Shown here piece after piece: positions 22,372-34,962 of a DNA stretch of 64,000 nt. The DNA lies in the NCBI RefSeq assembly GCF_006345805.1, contig NC_042999.1, forward strand, positions 63,798,001 through 63,862,000. The letters are read 5' to 3'. Made by a program: the position numbers and the translations under genes. The DNA comes from Octopus sinensis. Taxonomy: Eukaryota. Position 1 is the first letter of the stretch. Each line of letters begins with the position of its first letter. Under the pieces are notes generated by a model. That model searched no databases. It saw only the letters and a list, made by a program, of their open reading frames with translations, and was not told the DNA's origin.

Positions 22372-22922
22372 TTATCATCATCATCATCATCATCGTTTAA
22401 CGTCCGCTTTCCATGCTAGCATGGGTTGGATGATTTTGACTGAGGGCTGGCGAACCAGATGGCTGCACCAGGCTCCAATCTTGATCTGGCAGAGTTTCTA
22501 CAGCTGGATGCCCTTCCTAATGCCAACCACTCCAAGAGTGTAGTGGGTGCTTTTTACGTACCACTGGCATGGAGCCCAGTCAGGTGGTACTGGCAATGAC
22601 CTTGCTCGAATCTTTTTACATGTACCACCGGCACAGGTGCCAGTGAAGCGATGTTGGTAACGATCACGCTCGAATGGTGCCCTTTTACATGCCACGGGTA
22701 CAGAAGCCAGTTGGCTGCTCTGGCAACGATCACGCTCGGATGGTGCTCTTGGCACCCTACTAGCACAGGCATAAGTGCCAGTAAGGCGACGCTGAACGAT
22801 CATACCCGAATAGCTGCTCTGTCAACGATCACACTCATATGGTGCTCTTTGCACCCCACTAGCACGGATGCCAGTCATCGAATTGATTTTGATTTCACTT
22901 GCCTCAACAGGTTTTCGCAAGC
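22372..22922 (-). mobile_element. RTE 3'-UTR-derived repeat (long variant)
   Basis: (CAT)n tail, palindrome, modules, ends in gatttcacttgcctcaacagg like 50900. Confidence 0.85.
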
Positions 22923-22959
22923 AAAGGTCTTCGCTTTATATATATATCATAATCATCAT

Positions 22960-24140
22960 CGTCATCATTTAGCATCTGCTTTCCATGCCAGCATGGGTTA
23001 GACAGTTGGACTGAAACTGGTTAGCTGGAGAGCTGTACCAGGCTCCAGTCTGATTTTGGCCTAGTTTCTACAGCTGGATGCCCTTTCTAACACCAACCGC
23101 TCCAAAAGTGTAGTGGGTATCCTTTACCTATCTCCATCATGGGTACCTTTTACATGTTACCATCATGGGTGTCTTTTTTGCATCACTGGCACTGACCATG
23201 ACTTCACTTGGTCTGATGAGTCTTCTCAAACACAGCAAACTGCCAAAGGTCTCAATCATTTGTCAACACCTCCATGATACCCAGCATCCGAAGATCATGC
23301 TTCACCATCTCATGCCATGTCTTCCTGGGTATACCTCTTCCACAGGTTCCCTCTACATTAAGGGATTGGCACTTCTTTATGCAACTGTCTTCATTCATAT
23401 GCATCACATGTTCATACCACTGCAGTCTTCTCTCCTGCACACTGACATTGCACATCCAGCAAAGCCTACTAGTTTCATTTCTTTCAAGCCTTTGCATATC
23501 CTTTGCAGTCACACTCCATGTTTCACTGCCATGTAGCATGACTGTTCGCACTCAAGCATCATACAATCTACCTTCCACTCTGAGAAAGAGGCCCTTTTTG
23601 ACCAACAAATGTAGACGCTCTCTGAACTTTGCCCAGCCTATTCTTATTCTAGCAGCTACACTCTTGGGACATCTACCCCCACTGCTGACTTGGTCACCTA
23701 AATAACAGAAGCTATTAACTGCTTCTAAGTATCTCCCCTGGCATTTGATGGAGTCTATTTTCTGTACATTTATTGTACCTGTCCACACAAAGACTATTTT
23801 CCCTGTTAACCTTCCTCTGATATTGCTACACCTCTTATGTTTCCATAACTTGCACTGGGTACATTTTATAGAGTTTCTACCTAGACTTTTCTATGTATTG
23901 AAGCAGGGCCATCTCCCTGAAAAGATTTGTGATTTGTCTGTTTTCCTACTTACTAAGACTTTGGTCTTAGTAATTATAAAATTAATTCTAAGACCTTTTG
24001 ATTCTAGACATTGCTTCCACACCTGAAATTTCTTCTCTTGTTCTGGTAGTGATTCAGCTATAAGGACAAGATCATCAGCATAGTGGAGTTCCCTGGAGCA
24101 GCTTGACATAAATTTCTCTGTTATTGTCTGGAAGGCATGC
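22960..24140 (-). mobile_element. Decayed 5'-truncated RTE (end of RT, C-terminus, short 3' tail)
   Basis: ELHYADDLVLIAESL, FCYLGDQVSSGGRC, MLHGSETWSVTAKDM, GRGIPRKTW with stops/frameshifts; (CAT)n tail near 22960. Confidence 0.88.
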
Positions 24141-25062
24141 TTGGGAAAAAAGACAAACTTGCTATCTTCAATTTGTTTTTTTTGTGTCTATCATCACTTA
24201 TGGACATGAATGCTGGGTAATGACTGAAAGAGAACAATCACAAATACAAGTGACTGAAATGCTGTTCCTCTGAAGGATCTCTGGAGTAATGTTACTCTAT
24301 AGGGTGCATAGCTCGGAGATCAGGGAGTCTCCAGGTTGAGACCCTATTTCTCCGTATTGGGAGATCGCAGCTCCAGAATTACAGACATGTGGTTAGAATG
24401 TCACAGGAAAGGGTCACAAGAAAGATTCTTCAAACTGAAGGATTGAGTGCTTCTGATTGGACCCTATGGAAGAAATGCCTGAGGACTCTATCTACATGGT
24501 ACTCCTGGGTATAGTGGGTGGCAAAAATGGATGGATGGATAGATACATGTATGCATGCTTGTGCACGTGACAGTTACACACAGTTTCTGTTTAAACCAAA
24601 TTTTGCTCCTAAGACATTGGTTAAGCCAAGGCTGTTGTAGGAAGCACTTTATGGTGGGATTTAACCAAGTGCCATATGACTGAATCAACATTCTTAACCA
24701 CACAGCCATGCACCTACCTTTGCTCATTAAGATCCATCTCATTCATGCAAACCTAGAAAATTGGGAATTATGAAAAACAGCTACACAAAATACATTTTGA
24801 GTAATGGTTCCTCTTGTATTTCACTTTCTACATTGACACTTAATATTTTGCTTAGTTCATCTTCCTCAGACCTGCATCCTTCGGGATTTATCTTCTCCAT
24901 ATTTTCTCATAATCACTAATCCTTTAACATTTCAAACTGAACATGAACCACATTGATCCAACTCATCATCATCATTGCAAACATCTTTAAACTATTTGTT
25001 TTTCTTCAGACTAAAGACTACACAATAAAATGTCCAACGTTAATTATCTTATTTCCTAATAG

Positions 25063-25152
25063 GTAATTTGTATTTACATGGTCAAACAAGGGACAAAACT
25101 GCATGCTATGCTGTGAATTACCTCCTGAAACCACTCTTAGCCTCTAAAAAAG
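25063..25152 (+). CDS. ICE1: ICE1-like coding exon
   Basis: cctaatag acceptor, G|gtaagt donor; GNLYLHGQTRDKTACYAVNYLLKPLLASKK; phase-compatible. Confidence 0.75.
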
Positions 25153-25787
25153 GTAAGTTATTTACTATTTGATTGAAATTAAAATATAATTTAATTAAAT
25201 ATTTATTTTTTTCTCTTTGTTAATAGAATAACTGAGAAGTATTAATGTCCTCCTCCTCCTTGTTGTTGTTGCTATGCTGTTCAATGCTAACATGAATCAG
25301 ACAGATTTCATGAGGCGGTGCTTTATGGTTGGATGTCCTTTCCACAAACTATTTTAATGATCTTTTATGAGATTTGTCATCTATATTAACAGTGCAATGA
25401 CAATAGCAGAAACGGGGTTTAGTAGTGTAACCCTTTGATAGCATTTTTTGTCATTCTTTCTTTGTTTACGAAATGTTGAAATTTGTTCAACATATTGTAC
25501 AATTTCAATAATCTTTCTATGATACATTTGTTGTGCTTTGTATATATAAAAAAAAATATTTACTCTTGTTTACTAACCTATGCAAATAATCAAATTTGTT
25601 GCATAACACAACCAATTTCTAAACTGAATATCGGTTAATTTTCCAAGCAAGAAATAATACAATAAAATTGGGGTAAAATGTAAAATCAAAGCAGTTATAA
25701 AATATTGCTCTGTACCACAAAACTAATTTAACAACATACTGTGTGATGTAGTTATTTATTTGAATTATTGTATTTTTTCTATTTCAG

Positions 25788-25966
25788 TTCCTCAACAGAT
25801 CAGCTTATGTTGTGCTAATGTATTACTAAAATTGTTTCCATTTGATCCTGGCACAGTATATCCAACTTTGGAAATCTGGCTCAGTGAAAATCCAACAGAA
25901 ATTACATCAAGTTTGGCTGAAACATGGGCCACTATAAAACACAAAATAAACAACTTCAGAACATGA
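25788..25966 (+). CDS. ICE1: ICE1-like terminal coding exon
   Basis: atttcag acceptor; VPQQISLCCANVLLKLFPFDPGTVYPTLEIWLSENP...NNFRT* (cf. ICE1 IPWGIQLAAVYALCDLSPSNPAEISKILEAW); AATAAA at 26071. Confidence 0.85.
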
Positions 25967-26070
25967 CCTCCAGAGAAAACAGCAGGCTAAGATGTTATTA
26001 AAGATATCTGCATAATTATTTGTATTTAACGAATTTGTACATTAATAATTTAATAATTTGTATATTATTT

Positions 26071-26076
26071 AATAAA
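26071..26076 (+). promoter_or_regulatory. Candidate polyadenylation signal of the ICE1-like gene
   Basis: AATAAA about 105 nt after the stop codon; others occur further downstream. Confidence 0.4.
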
Positions 26077-26599
26077 ACAGACTGATTTCAATTTTTCATT
26101 GAAACATAAAGATGTCTTGATTATATTTGTATATTTTAGTATGATCAGAATCTTGTCAAATTTCCAAAGAAAAGAAAAAGAAAACAAAGAAAATATTTTA
26201 AAAAAACCGATTAAAATAAAATTTTTCTATTGAAACTCTACTGAAGTGTATTGAGTAATTTTTCTTTTTAACTTTTTTTTACTCCCAAGTCCCTCTTTCT
26301 AACGAGGTGCTAAAGTTAGTTTATATACAAAGTGAAAAAAATAGTAGATTGTCCTCTAATTTGAAGGAACAACAAGAACAGACAGGCAGATGGACCAATT
26401 TGATTGAGAGAATTCACATGAATTTGTATTCTGGCATTAAAGTATAGATGTTTGGTTGTATTTTGAGGCTCGATGTTACTGTACAGAAAATAAGACTAAT
26501 GGATTAAAATATATAGTCTTCAGTGATACATCAATATTTATAGATAGGTAAATATCACTTTATAGATATCATATGATAATAGCTTATACAATAACAGAG

Positions 26600-26815
26600 A
26601 ATACAGCAAAAAAATGAGGCATGATCAAAACGGAAAATTAAGAAAAAGTTTATTGCTTTACTTACTGTATAATCAGATTTATCTCCCCTGAAATAGCTCC
26701 TTCCTTTGCTGAACACTCCTGCCAACAACGGCATTTTTAAGTTTTGGTGTCTGTTAAGTGTAGTGTTCAGGTTTTATAGAGAGTTTTCGTCCATCTCTTC
26801 TATCATCTGAAATTA
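26600..26815 (-). mobile_element. Possible decayed mariner 3' end
   Basis: reverse reads about WQECSAKEGSYFRGD, resembling mariner RWxKCVxxxGxYFEGD. Confidence 0.4.
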
Positions 26816-26863
26816 GTGATTATTACAAAGTTGCCTAGCAATACCTTTAATACTTTTTATATA

Positions 26864-27245
26864 CAGGAGTGGCTGTGTGGTAAGTAGGTTGCTTATCAAC
26901 CACATGGTTCCGGGTTTAGTCCCATTGCATGGCACCTTGGGCAAGTGTCTTCTACTATAGCCTCGGGCCGACCAAAGCTTTGTGAGTGGATTTGGTAGAC
27001 GGAAACTGAAAGAAGCCGGTTGTATGTATGTATATATATATGTTTGTGTGTCTGTGTTTGTCCCCCCAACATCGCTTGATAACCGATGCTGGTGTGTTTA
27101 TGTCCCCGTAACTTAGCAGTTCGGCAAAAGAGACTGATAGAATAAGTACTAGGCTTACAAAGAATAAGTCCTGGGGTCGATTTGCGTGACTCAAAGGCGT
27201 TGCTCCAGCATGGCCGTGGTCAAATGATTGAAACAAGTAAAAGAA
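26864..27245 (+). mobile_element. SINE family A
   Basis: full-length copy. Confidence 0.85.
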
Positions 27246-27519
27246 TACTGCTTTACATAGAACTACACATATTTCAACTGCACTGATTAGTAACCATTGC
27301 AATTGCAACCCTACCATAATACCTGTTCAGGGTCTTTACTTAACATCCTTCGATTTAACTGTTTAAAGTTTTTTGTTTACATCATACAATGCAGCGTAGA
27401 TAATGTTGTCCATTTAGGTAGACGTGAACAAACTCCAATTCAAGTTTTGATTGGATAATCACTTATAATCCATTATTTCAAGACATTCTGTTGTCTAATT
27501 ATTTATTATTCATTTATAC

Positions 27520-28100
27520 TGGGCAAATGTGAATTTTCTCATGTGCAAGTGTCGCAAAGCTTGTTTTTGTCTAGAATTTATTACATTATCCTTGGATGTA
27601 AAAATATGGTAAAATTCTTCTAAACCTAGGTCACATTTTTAAGTTCCAGGTCTCTATGATTTTGCAGTACAAATTAATTCCCAGTTGATAGTATAGTCTT
27701 TGTTACTGTCTTTAATAGACCAGATTAATTTACTGAGACTTGTTTGGAATCTTTTATTTTTATCTCTAAATGAACTCAAATGATTTGCCAGTCTGCTTTT
27801 GAAAATTAATGATGTCCCACCAATGCAAAAGTATTCATTACCTTCAGATGTAACATTACACCTACATCTTACATTTTCAGTCTTACAGTTATTTTCCCCC
27901 ATAACAGGATTCCCATTTAGAACAATGCAAAAATAGTTAATATTTCTCTGAGATTTAGTTTTAATTTGATCATTCATAGTAGAATCAAATTCATTTCTAC
28001 CTAATTCTTTATTACTATTTACTCCTTTAGATAACGCTATCTTTGTTCTATTTCCAGCTGAACTTTTATTCACTTCAAATGTTATTAACTATGTTAAATT
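27520..28100 (-). mobile_element. Penelope-like element GIY-YIG endonuclease relic
   Basis: FCIGGTSLIFKSRLANHLSSFRDKNKRFQTSLSKLIWSIKDSNKDYTINWELI..AKS*RPGT*KCDLGLEE, typical PLE GIY-YIG C-terminal pattern. Confidence 0.75.
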
Positions 28101-28143
28101 GGGTTGTTTCCCTTTCAGCGACTTTTAAATTCTTAGCATTCTT

Positions 28144-28145
<2 letters not shown>

Positions 28146-28197
<52 letters not shown>
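28146..28197. repeat. (TA)n microsatellite
   Basis: direct reading. Confidence 0.95.
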
Positions 28198-28199
<2 letters not shown>

Positions 28200-28326
28200 T
28201 CATCATCATCATCATCGTTTAACGTCCGTTCTCCATGCTAGCATGGGTTGGACGGTTCAACCGGGGATCTGGGAAGCCAGAAGGCTGCACCAGACTCCGG
28301 TCTTATCTGGCAATGTTTCTACAGCT
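28196..28326 (-). mobile_element. RTE 3'-UTR-derived repeat, short, between two (TA)n tracts
   Basis: (CAT)n, ccatgctagcatgg, stops at acagct. Confidence 0.8.
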
Positions 28327-28337
28327 ATATATATATA

Positions 28338-28475
28338 TAAATTAGAAAAAATAAAACATCTTTTATCAATTCAAAATGAACAATTAAATTACACCATCTA
28401 GAATATGTAATTTTCTAGATGGTGTAATTTAATTGTTCATTTTGAATTGATAAAAGGTGTTTTTTTTCTAATTTA
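28338..28475. repeat. Foldback (hairpin MITE-like) element, about 65-bp arms, 9-nt loop
   Basis: ttttatcaattcaaaatgaacaattaaattacaccatctagaa-tatgtaatt-ttctagatggtgtaatttaattgttcattttgaattgataaaa; TA flanks. Confidence 0.9.
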
Positions 28476-28488
28476 TAATAAGAGATAT

Positions 28489-28868
28489 TATCATCATCAT
28501 CATCATCATCGTTTAGCGTCCGTTTTCCATGCTAGCATGGGTTGGACGGGTCAACTGGGGTCTGTGAAGCTGGAAGGCTTCGTCAGGCCCAGTCAGATCT
28601 GGCAGTGTTTCTACGGCTGGATGCCCTTCCTAACGCCAACCACTCCGCGAGTGTAGTGGATGTTTTTTACGTGCCACCTGCACAGGTGCCAGACAGAGCT
28701 GGCGAACGGCCACGAACGGATGGTGCTTTTACGTGACACCGGCACGGGGCCAGGCGATGCTGGCAACGGACACGAACGGATGGTGCTTTTACGTGCCACC
28801 GACACGGGGCCAGACAGAGCTGGCAACCGGCCACGAACGGACGGTGCTTTTACGTGTCACCGGCACGG
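28489..28868 (-). mobile_element. RTE 3'-UTR-derived repeat with about 3.5 tandem 60-bp modules
   Basis: cacgaacgga(t/c)ggtgcttttacgtg recurs at about 60-bp period. Confidence 0.85.
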
Positions 28869-29799
28869 AAATTTGATTTAGTATTTCTAAATTGAATTTT
28901 CCCCAGTAAGTTAGGAATAATATTCCCTCAAATAATTATAATATATATATATATATTCATGATGAACTGCTTTCAGTTTCTGTCTACCAAATCCACTTAC
29001 AAGGCTTTGCCAGTCAAGGGTTATTGTGGAAGATACTTGTCCAAGGTGCCATGCAGTTAAATTGAACTCAAGACGATATGATTGGGAAGCAAATATTCTT
29101 AATCATATGACTATGCCTAGTCATTTATTGATATGGAAAAATAGATCCAAAGACAATACTGATTGCACTTGTGACTTAAGTTCATTTGATACAGTGATTG
29201 TTGTTTAATCTCAGGTGAGACCTATAATCAAAGCTCTAAGTAATCCAAGTTCATCAACTGTACGTGTCATTCTTAATAAGGTTGATAAAATACTGCACAA
29301 AATTCCACCTATAATATAAAATTATTATGAGAGAAAAAGGAAGTCTTTATATGGTCACTTGACTTGCTGGAGATAACAGCTAAAATCTTCAGCTCATAGT
29401 TTGATGCATTAAAAAAGGAACAGCAACATTGAATAATGTAAATTGGATGGCTATGGCTGGGATATCTTCTATCATTAGTCTACAAATTAGGATTGACTTG
29501 GGGCTAAACAGCCTCAGTTAACATTTAATTGATATGCATTATTGCTGCAGGTATGGCTGTGTGGTTAAGAAACAGTCTTTGCAACCATGTGGTTTGGGGT
29601 CAGTCCAGTTGTGTGGTTTTGAATCTGCTCCCTTATGTGAGTGTCTGCTACTGTAGCCTCAGGTTAATCTATATGCCTTGTGACTGAATTTGGTTGATGG
29701 AAACTGTGAAGAAGACTGTTGTGTATACACATATGTCAGTGTGTATGTTTGTATTATATGATCTCCTTGCCTTAACTCAGATAGCTCTCCGGCTATCTA

Positions 29800-30425
29800 T
29801 CTGAGGCTTTATATAGCTTTGGTGTGGCCTCACCTGGAATTTGCATCACTAGCCTGGAAACCCTATCTTGCCCAGGATATTAATCGTCTGGAAACTGTTC
29901 AGCAAATTGCAACCAAGAGAATACCCTCCATCAGGCATTTGCCATATTCTGAATACCTTACTTCGCCAGGCATGCATAGATGGAAACTCCCACATCTGGC
30001 AACTGACTTGGCAGACACCCATAAAATTATTAACCATCTTACTAACAATAACTCTGAGCACCTTTTCAAACTCCACCTGTCTAACACCTGTGGACATGTT
30101 TAAAAAGTCAGAAAACAGCACAGCTCCCATGACTTTCGGAAACATTTTTTCACACTAAGAGTTGCTGAAGCATGGAACAAACTGCTGGCATCAGTTGTTA
30201 GTTGTTGGAGCACTGCATCCTTCAAAACTTCCATGCTTCCTGAGATTCGCCAACACTACACCTGATTTTCTCCCCTCCATACACACGCAAGCATGTATCT
30301 GACTCATACACTGTTCATTTTCCAGACATTTGTACATTACTGCTTAGGCTTTCTATGCACTTTTGGCAAGTTGTGGTGCACCTGAGCACTGTATAATATA
30401 ATTTCATTATTATTATTATTATTAT
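29800..30425 (+). mobile_element. CR1/L2-type LINE 3' fragment with (ATT)n tail
   Basis: WPHLEFASLAWKPYLAQDINRLETVQQIATKRIPSIRHLPYSE...HFFTLRVAEAWNKL. Confidence 0.85.
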
Positions 30426-31228
30426 TATATATTTCTTAATGTGCGTCATAGTCATGCATGAGGTCTCCTTCATTTCCAATATTCTGTGATAATATGTCTA
30501 GCTGTGGGGGAAATATTACCTTGCTAAAGAACATGTGAGAGGTGGCAACAAAAAGGGCATCTGGTCATAGAAAATCTGACTCAGCAAATTCCAACACATG
30601 CAAGCATGGAAAAGTGGATACTGATAATGATAGTGATGAATATGTGTGTTTGTGTGTGTGTTTGTGTTTATGTTGGTCAACCCCACTGCTTGACAACTGG
30701 CATTGATTTGTCTATGTCCCCATAACTTTCAGGTTTAGCAAAAGAGACTGATAGAGTAAATACAAGACTGGAATCAATTTGTTCAACTAAACCCTTCAAG
30801 ATGGTGCCTCAGTATGGCTGATTTCAAATGACTGAAATGAGTAAAAAAAATCGCGAAAGCAAATGAAACCTCAGATATGAATGAAAAAAGACTAAATTTA
30901 ATAAAATATGATCAGCTTTGGGGCAATAAAATAAAGTACTAGTGATGAACTGAGGTTTATTTACATTCTTAGATGTGAATGGTATAATATTTCTAACATA
31001 GGTACAAGCTCCCAGATTTGGTGCAAGGGAAGAGATAAACCAACCTCCACACTTGACTGGTGCTTTATTTTATTGACTCTTGAAGGATGAAAACTAAAGT
31101 GGGATTTGAACCTGAGGACACCTTTGCCTTTCCTTTTTACTGGTCTTGATAATAACAAAGTACCAGTTAATTACTTGACTGATACTTTATTTTATTGATC
31201 CCAGAAGGATGAAAGCAAAGTTTATAAA

Positions 31229-31727
31229 AAATAATAACGAAATTATTGTATACAGTGCTCAGGTGCACCACAACTTGTCAGAAAGTGCATATAAAGCCTA
31301 AGCAGTAATGTACAAATGTCTGGAAAGCGAACAGTGTATGAGTCAGATACATGCTTGTGTGTGTATGGAGGGGTGAAAATCAGGTGTAGTGTTGGCGAAT
31401 CTCAGGAAGCATGGAAGTTTTGAAGGATGCAGTGCTCCGACAACTAACAACTGATGCCGGCAGTTTGTTCCATGCTTCAGCAACTCTCAGCGTGAAAAAA
31501 TGTTTCCTAAAGCCATGGGAGCTGTGCTGTTTTCTGACTTTGTAAATATGTCCACGGGTGTTAGACGGGTGGAGTTTGAAAAGGTGCTCAGAGTTATTGT
31601 TTGTAAGATGGTTAATAATTTTATGGGTGTCTGCCAAGTCAGCTGCCAGACGTGGGAGTTTCAATGTGTCCATGCCCAGGGAAGTAAGGCGTTCAGAATA
31701 TGGCAAATGCCTGATGGAGGGTATTCT
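31229..31727 (-). mobile_element. CR1/L2-type LINE 3' fragment, same family, opposite orientation
   Basis: KRIPSIRHLPYSERLTSLGMDTL...FFTLRVAEAWNKLPASVV; a third decayed piece at about 32090-32320. Confidence 0.85.
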
Positions 31728-32494
31728 TTTTTTTTTTTTTTCAGCAGGATTTGAATTCAGAATGGAAGCAATACTGTAAAGCATTATTCCAGATGCTGTA
31801 ACGATTTAGTCAGAAATTTGGTGGGAAGAGCTAGTCAGTCATATCGACCAGTGCTTGGCTCGTACTTATTTTATTGACCTTGAAAGGATGAAAAAAAGAT
31901 AACTTTGGTGGAATTTGAACTCAGAATGTGTAGCTGGAAGAATTGCTGCAGCGCATTTTGTTGGCATGCTAAAAATCCTGCCATCTGAGCTTTTATTTAC
32001 TTTTTTTTTGTCAGAAATAATGATTGTTTCTATGACTTTCAGAGATATATTTTCACACTCAGAATCTTTGAAATATGGAATAAACTACCTGCATTAGTAG
32101 TTGGCTGTCAAGACATTGCATCCTTCAAAATCTTCATGCTTCCTATAATTCTCTAACAGTATACCTGATGCCCTCCCTCCTTTTTTCTTTAACGATTCAT
32201 TCACTGTTCACTTCCTGTGCATTATGCTATGTACTGTTAATGTACTTTTGGCTTCTTTTTCTGATTAATTGTAGTTCACCCGAGTACTGTGTACAATAAT
32301 TTCATTGTATATTATAATTGCAATCTCAAGGAACACAAAAGAAAAAAAACTTGGTAAAGGGAGATAACCACTGATTCCCAGATTACCCACAATGCAACTG
32401 AACGCCATGCTTCTTTCGTTGTGGTAATTTCTGTGTCGCGGTGAAAAATTTAATTAAAAGACTAAAGTAACTAATTAAAAATATCTGCCCCACG

Positions 32495-32573
32495 ATGGGA
32501 TCTGGTCCAGTAGAAAGACTTCGTCAACTTGAAATGATTGAGCGTGATATAGCTACAGCAATTCATAGCTCAG
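32495..32573 (+). CDS. MED11: Mediator subunit 11, coding exon 1
   Basis: ATG in cccacgATGG; MGSGPVERLRQLEMIERDIATAIHSS; CAG|gtttgt donor; resembles MED11 ERLRALEDIEREI. Confidence 0.9.
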
Positions 32574-33704
32574 GTTTGTAATTCCTTATAATGGTCACAT
32601 TTTGCCTTGTTCGTCGTTTATTGTTTGGAACCAAATTCTTCCAGCCTTGGCGGAGTTCTTGAATATTTCTGTCGAGGAAGAATGCATTGTCTTGTGTAAT
32701 TTCGCTTTTTAAAGACAGTAAGGTATCGTTTAATGGAGATTTGGTTACTGTTTAGGTGGCCAAGACATCTCCTAAGGCTTAAGGCTTGTTTCGTTGTTTT
32801 GTCATGTGTTTGTCAAATTCATGTTTGTTTATTTAGCTTTAATATCAAGACTTTCGCGGGCGAAATGCTTAGCAGTATTTCGTCTGTTCTTAGTTCAAAT
32901 TCCTCCGAGGTTGACTTTGCCTTTCATCCTTTCGGGGTCGAAAAATTAAGTACCAGTTGCGTAACTCCCCCACCAAATTTCGGCCCTTGTGCCCAGAGTA
33001 GAAAAGACTATTAAAACTTTCGCAAAAATCATTGTTAGAAACTGGTTTATTTATTAATTTATTTATATTTTGGAATTAATATTTTTCAAATATAATTCTA
33101 AAATTTTTCACTCAAGCGTAATAGCTTTAAAAACTTATGAGAAAATTTGGGAAAAAATTTGCGCAAACTAATTACCTGTTTCTATTGTATTCCATTTCGC
33201 CCATTAGCAATTCCGTGGGTATTTTCAAAATTTGGTTTTCAGTAATATTTTTACCATTTCTACTTCTGTGACGTACAGTAACAAAAACTTTACATGTCAA
33301 AGGTGTTAAAAGTAATTAAATGGTAAATAATGAAACCGCCGTTGACCATTAAGTTATTTACATAGAATTTCAATTTTGAAGATATTAGAGGAATCAGTTT
33401 TATTTTGGTTACATTTTGCTAAGCATTTTAGAGGAAAGAGAAACGAGCAATTGTGATGTTTTTCTCTGAAAGTAATTAACGGCTTCGAATGGAAACTGCT
33501 GGAGAACTTAAATCAGCCTGCAACTAAATGAACTGAGGATAATGGAAATAAGTTGTGTAGTCACAAGTTATTTTTAATTAAGCAAGCAGGTAGTCGGTCA
33601 AACAACAAAGTGCGCCCGGCAAATCTATGTTTTTGTGGTTATGTCATAACTGCACTTAACTGAAAATCATACTGCACATTCTGATATGCAATAAAATTTC
33701 GTAG

Positions 33705-33861
33705 GAGAGGCTGTGTGGTAAGTAGCGTGCTTACCAACCACATAGTTCTGAGTTCAGTCCCACTACATGGTACCTTGGGCAAGTGTCTTCTACAATAGCC
33801 TCAGGCCGACCAAAGCCTTGTGAGTGGATTTGGTAGACGGAAACTGAAAGAAGCCTGTTGT

Positions 33862-33901
<40 letters not shown>

Positions 33902-34075
33902 ATCTGTATTTGTCCCCCCAACATCACTTGACAACTGATACTGGTGTATTTATGTCCCCGTAACTTAGCGGTTCAGTAAAAGAGACCAATAGAACAAGTA
34001 CTGGGGTCAATTTGCTTGACTAAGGCGGTGCCCCAGCATGGCTGCAGTCAAATGACTGAAACAAGTAAAAGAATA
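33705..34075 (+). mobile_element. SINE family A
   Basis: near full-length copy in MED11 intron 1. Confidence 0.85.
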
Positions 34076-34602
34076 AACGAATTGGTTGCCGTGTAATGAT
34101 AGTCTGAACATATTGCACTCTCCCCACAGTTCAGTCTTTGTATGACTTAGTTTAATCTTACCTTAACCCTATTTGAATTAAACTTATGATTGAAATCATT
34201 CCAACTTCGACTGTCTTGTTTTTTCCTTATGTGCAGTATGCATAGGATAACGTTGTAGCTTTTCTGAGACAATGAAGTGTGGGATCTGGTCATTATATCT
34301 AGCAAAAGAAGCCCTGAATAATATTTATAAACTCTGGTGATAGTCTCAGTGGAAGCCAGCAAGGTGGACAAGGTCAAGGAACCATAGTTGCACCTTATCT
34401 ATTTGTTGAAATAAATGTCTGTCTAAAATCAAAACAAGATACCTGCAGTGATATGAACTCAAGACCTAATTGGTACTCTGAAACCTTATTCACTTGATTA
34501 TTTTACCCCAACAACTAAAACTACAAAATAACCTACTAATCTTGTTGAACCTTAATCCATGAAGTGGGGAGAATACAACAGTTTGCAATTAGCTGTTTAT
34601 AA

Positions 34603-34962
34603 TCTCTGTATATATAAACGGCAAAATGTCTGTGTGTGTGTCCTTTATACAAATCCACAATTTTTCAGTTAGAGGGCTCGCACTTTCTATGGTCATTCAA
34701 AACCATTCAAGGGTGGTCGTGCACATCTTTACATTTCCCCAGTCAACCTGCAAAGCCATTAAAAAATCAACAGAAGAGACTTTTTTGTGAATTTTCTATC
34801 CAAAACCCAATCAAAATGCCCGAAACTTGATACGCCAATTGAATGCCAGCTAGCTGTATGTGATTGGTTGGAGATTTGGACAGTATTCGCGTGTATGCGC
34901 AAGCACGCAGCTGTGTATGCATGCATTAGCACTATGACTCGGCGTTACCGGGTCATAGTGCT
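34603..34962 (+). mobile_element. Non-autonomous Helitron-like element; 3' hairpin seeds the large palindrome
   Basis: A|TCTCTG...; body homologous to 48414-48764; hairpin 34928-34962. Confidence 0.8.

Noticed and set aside
28660-28868. CRISPR-like periodic array (conserved ggtgcttttacgtg with about 60-bp period; also 56884-57110)
   Set aside because: The spacers are homologous to each other, the array is part of a LINE 3' UTR, there are no cas genes and the context is eukaryotic.
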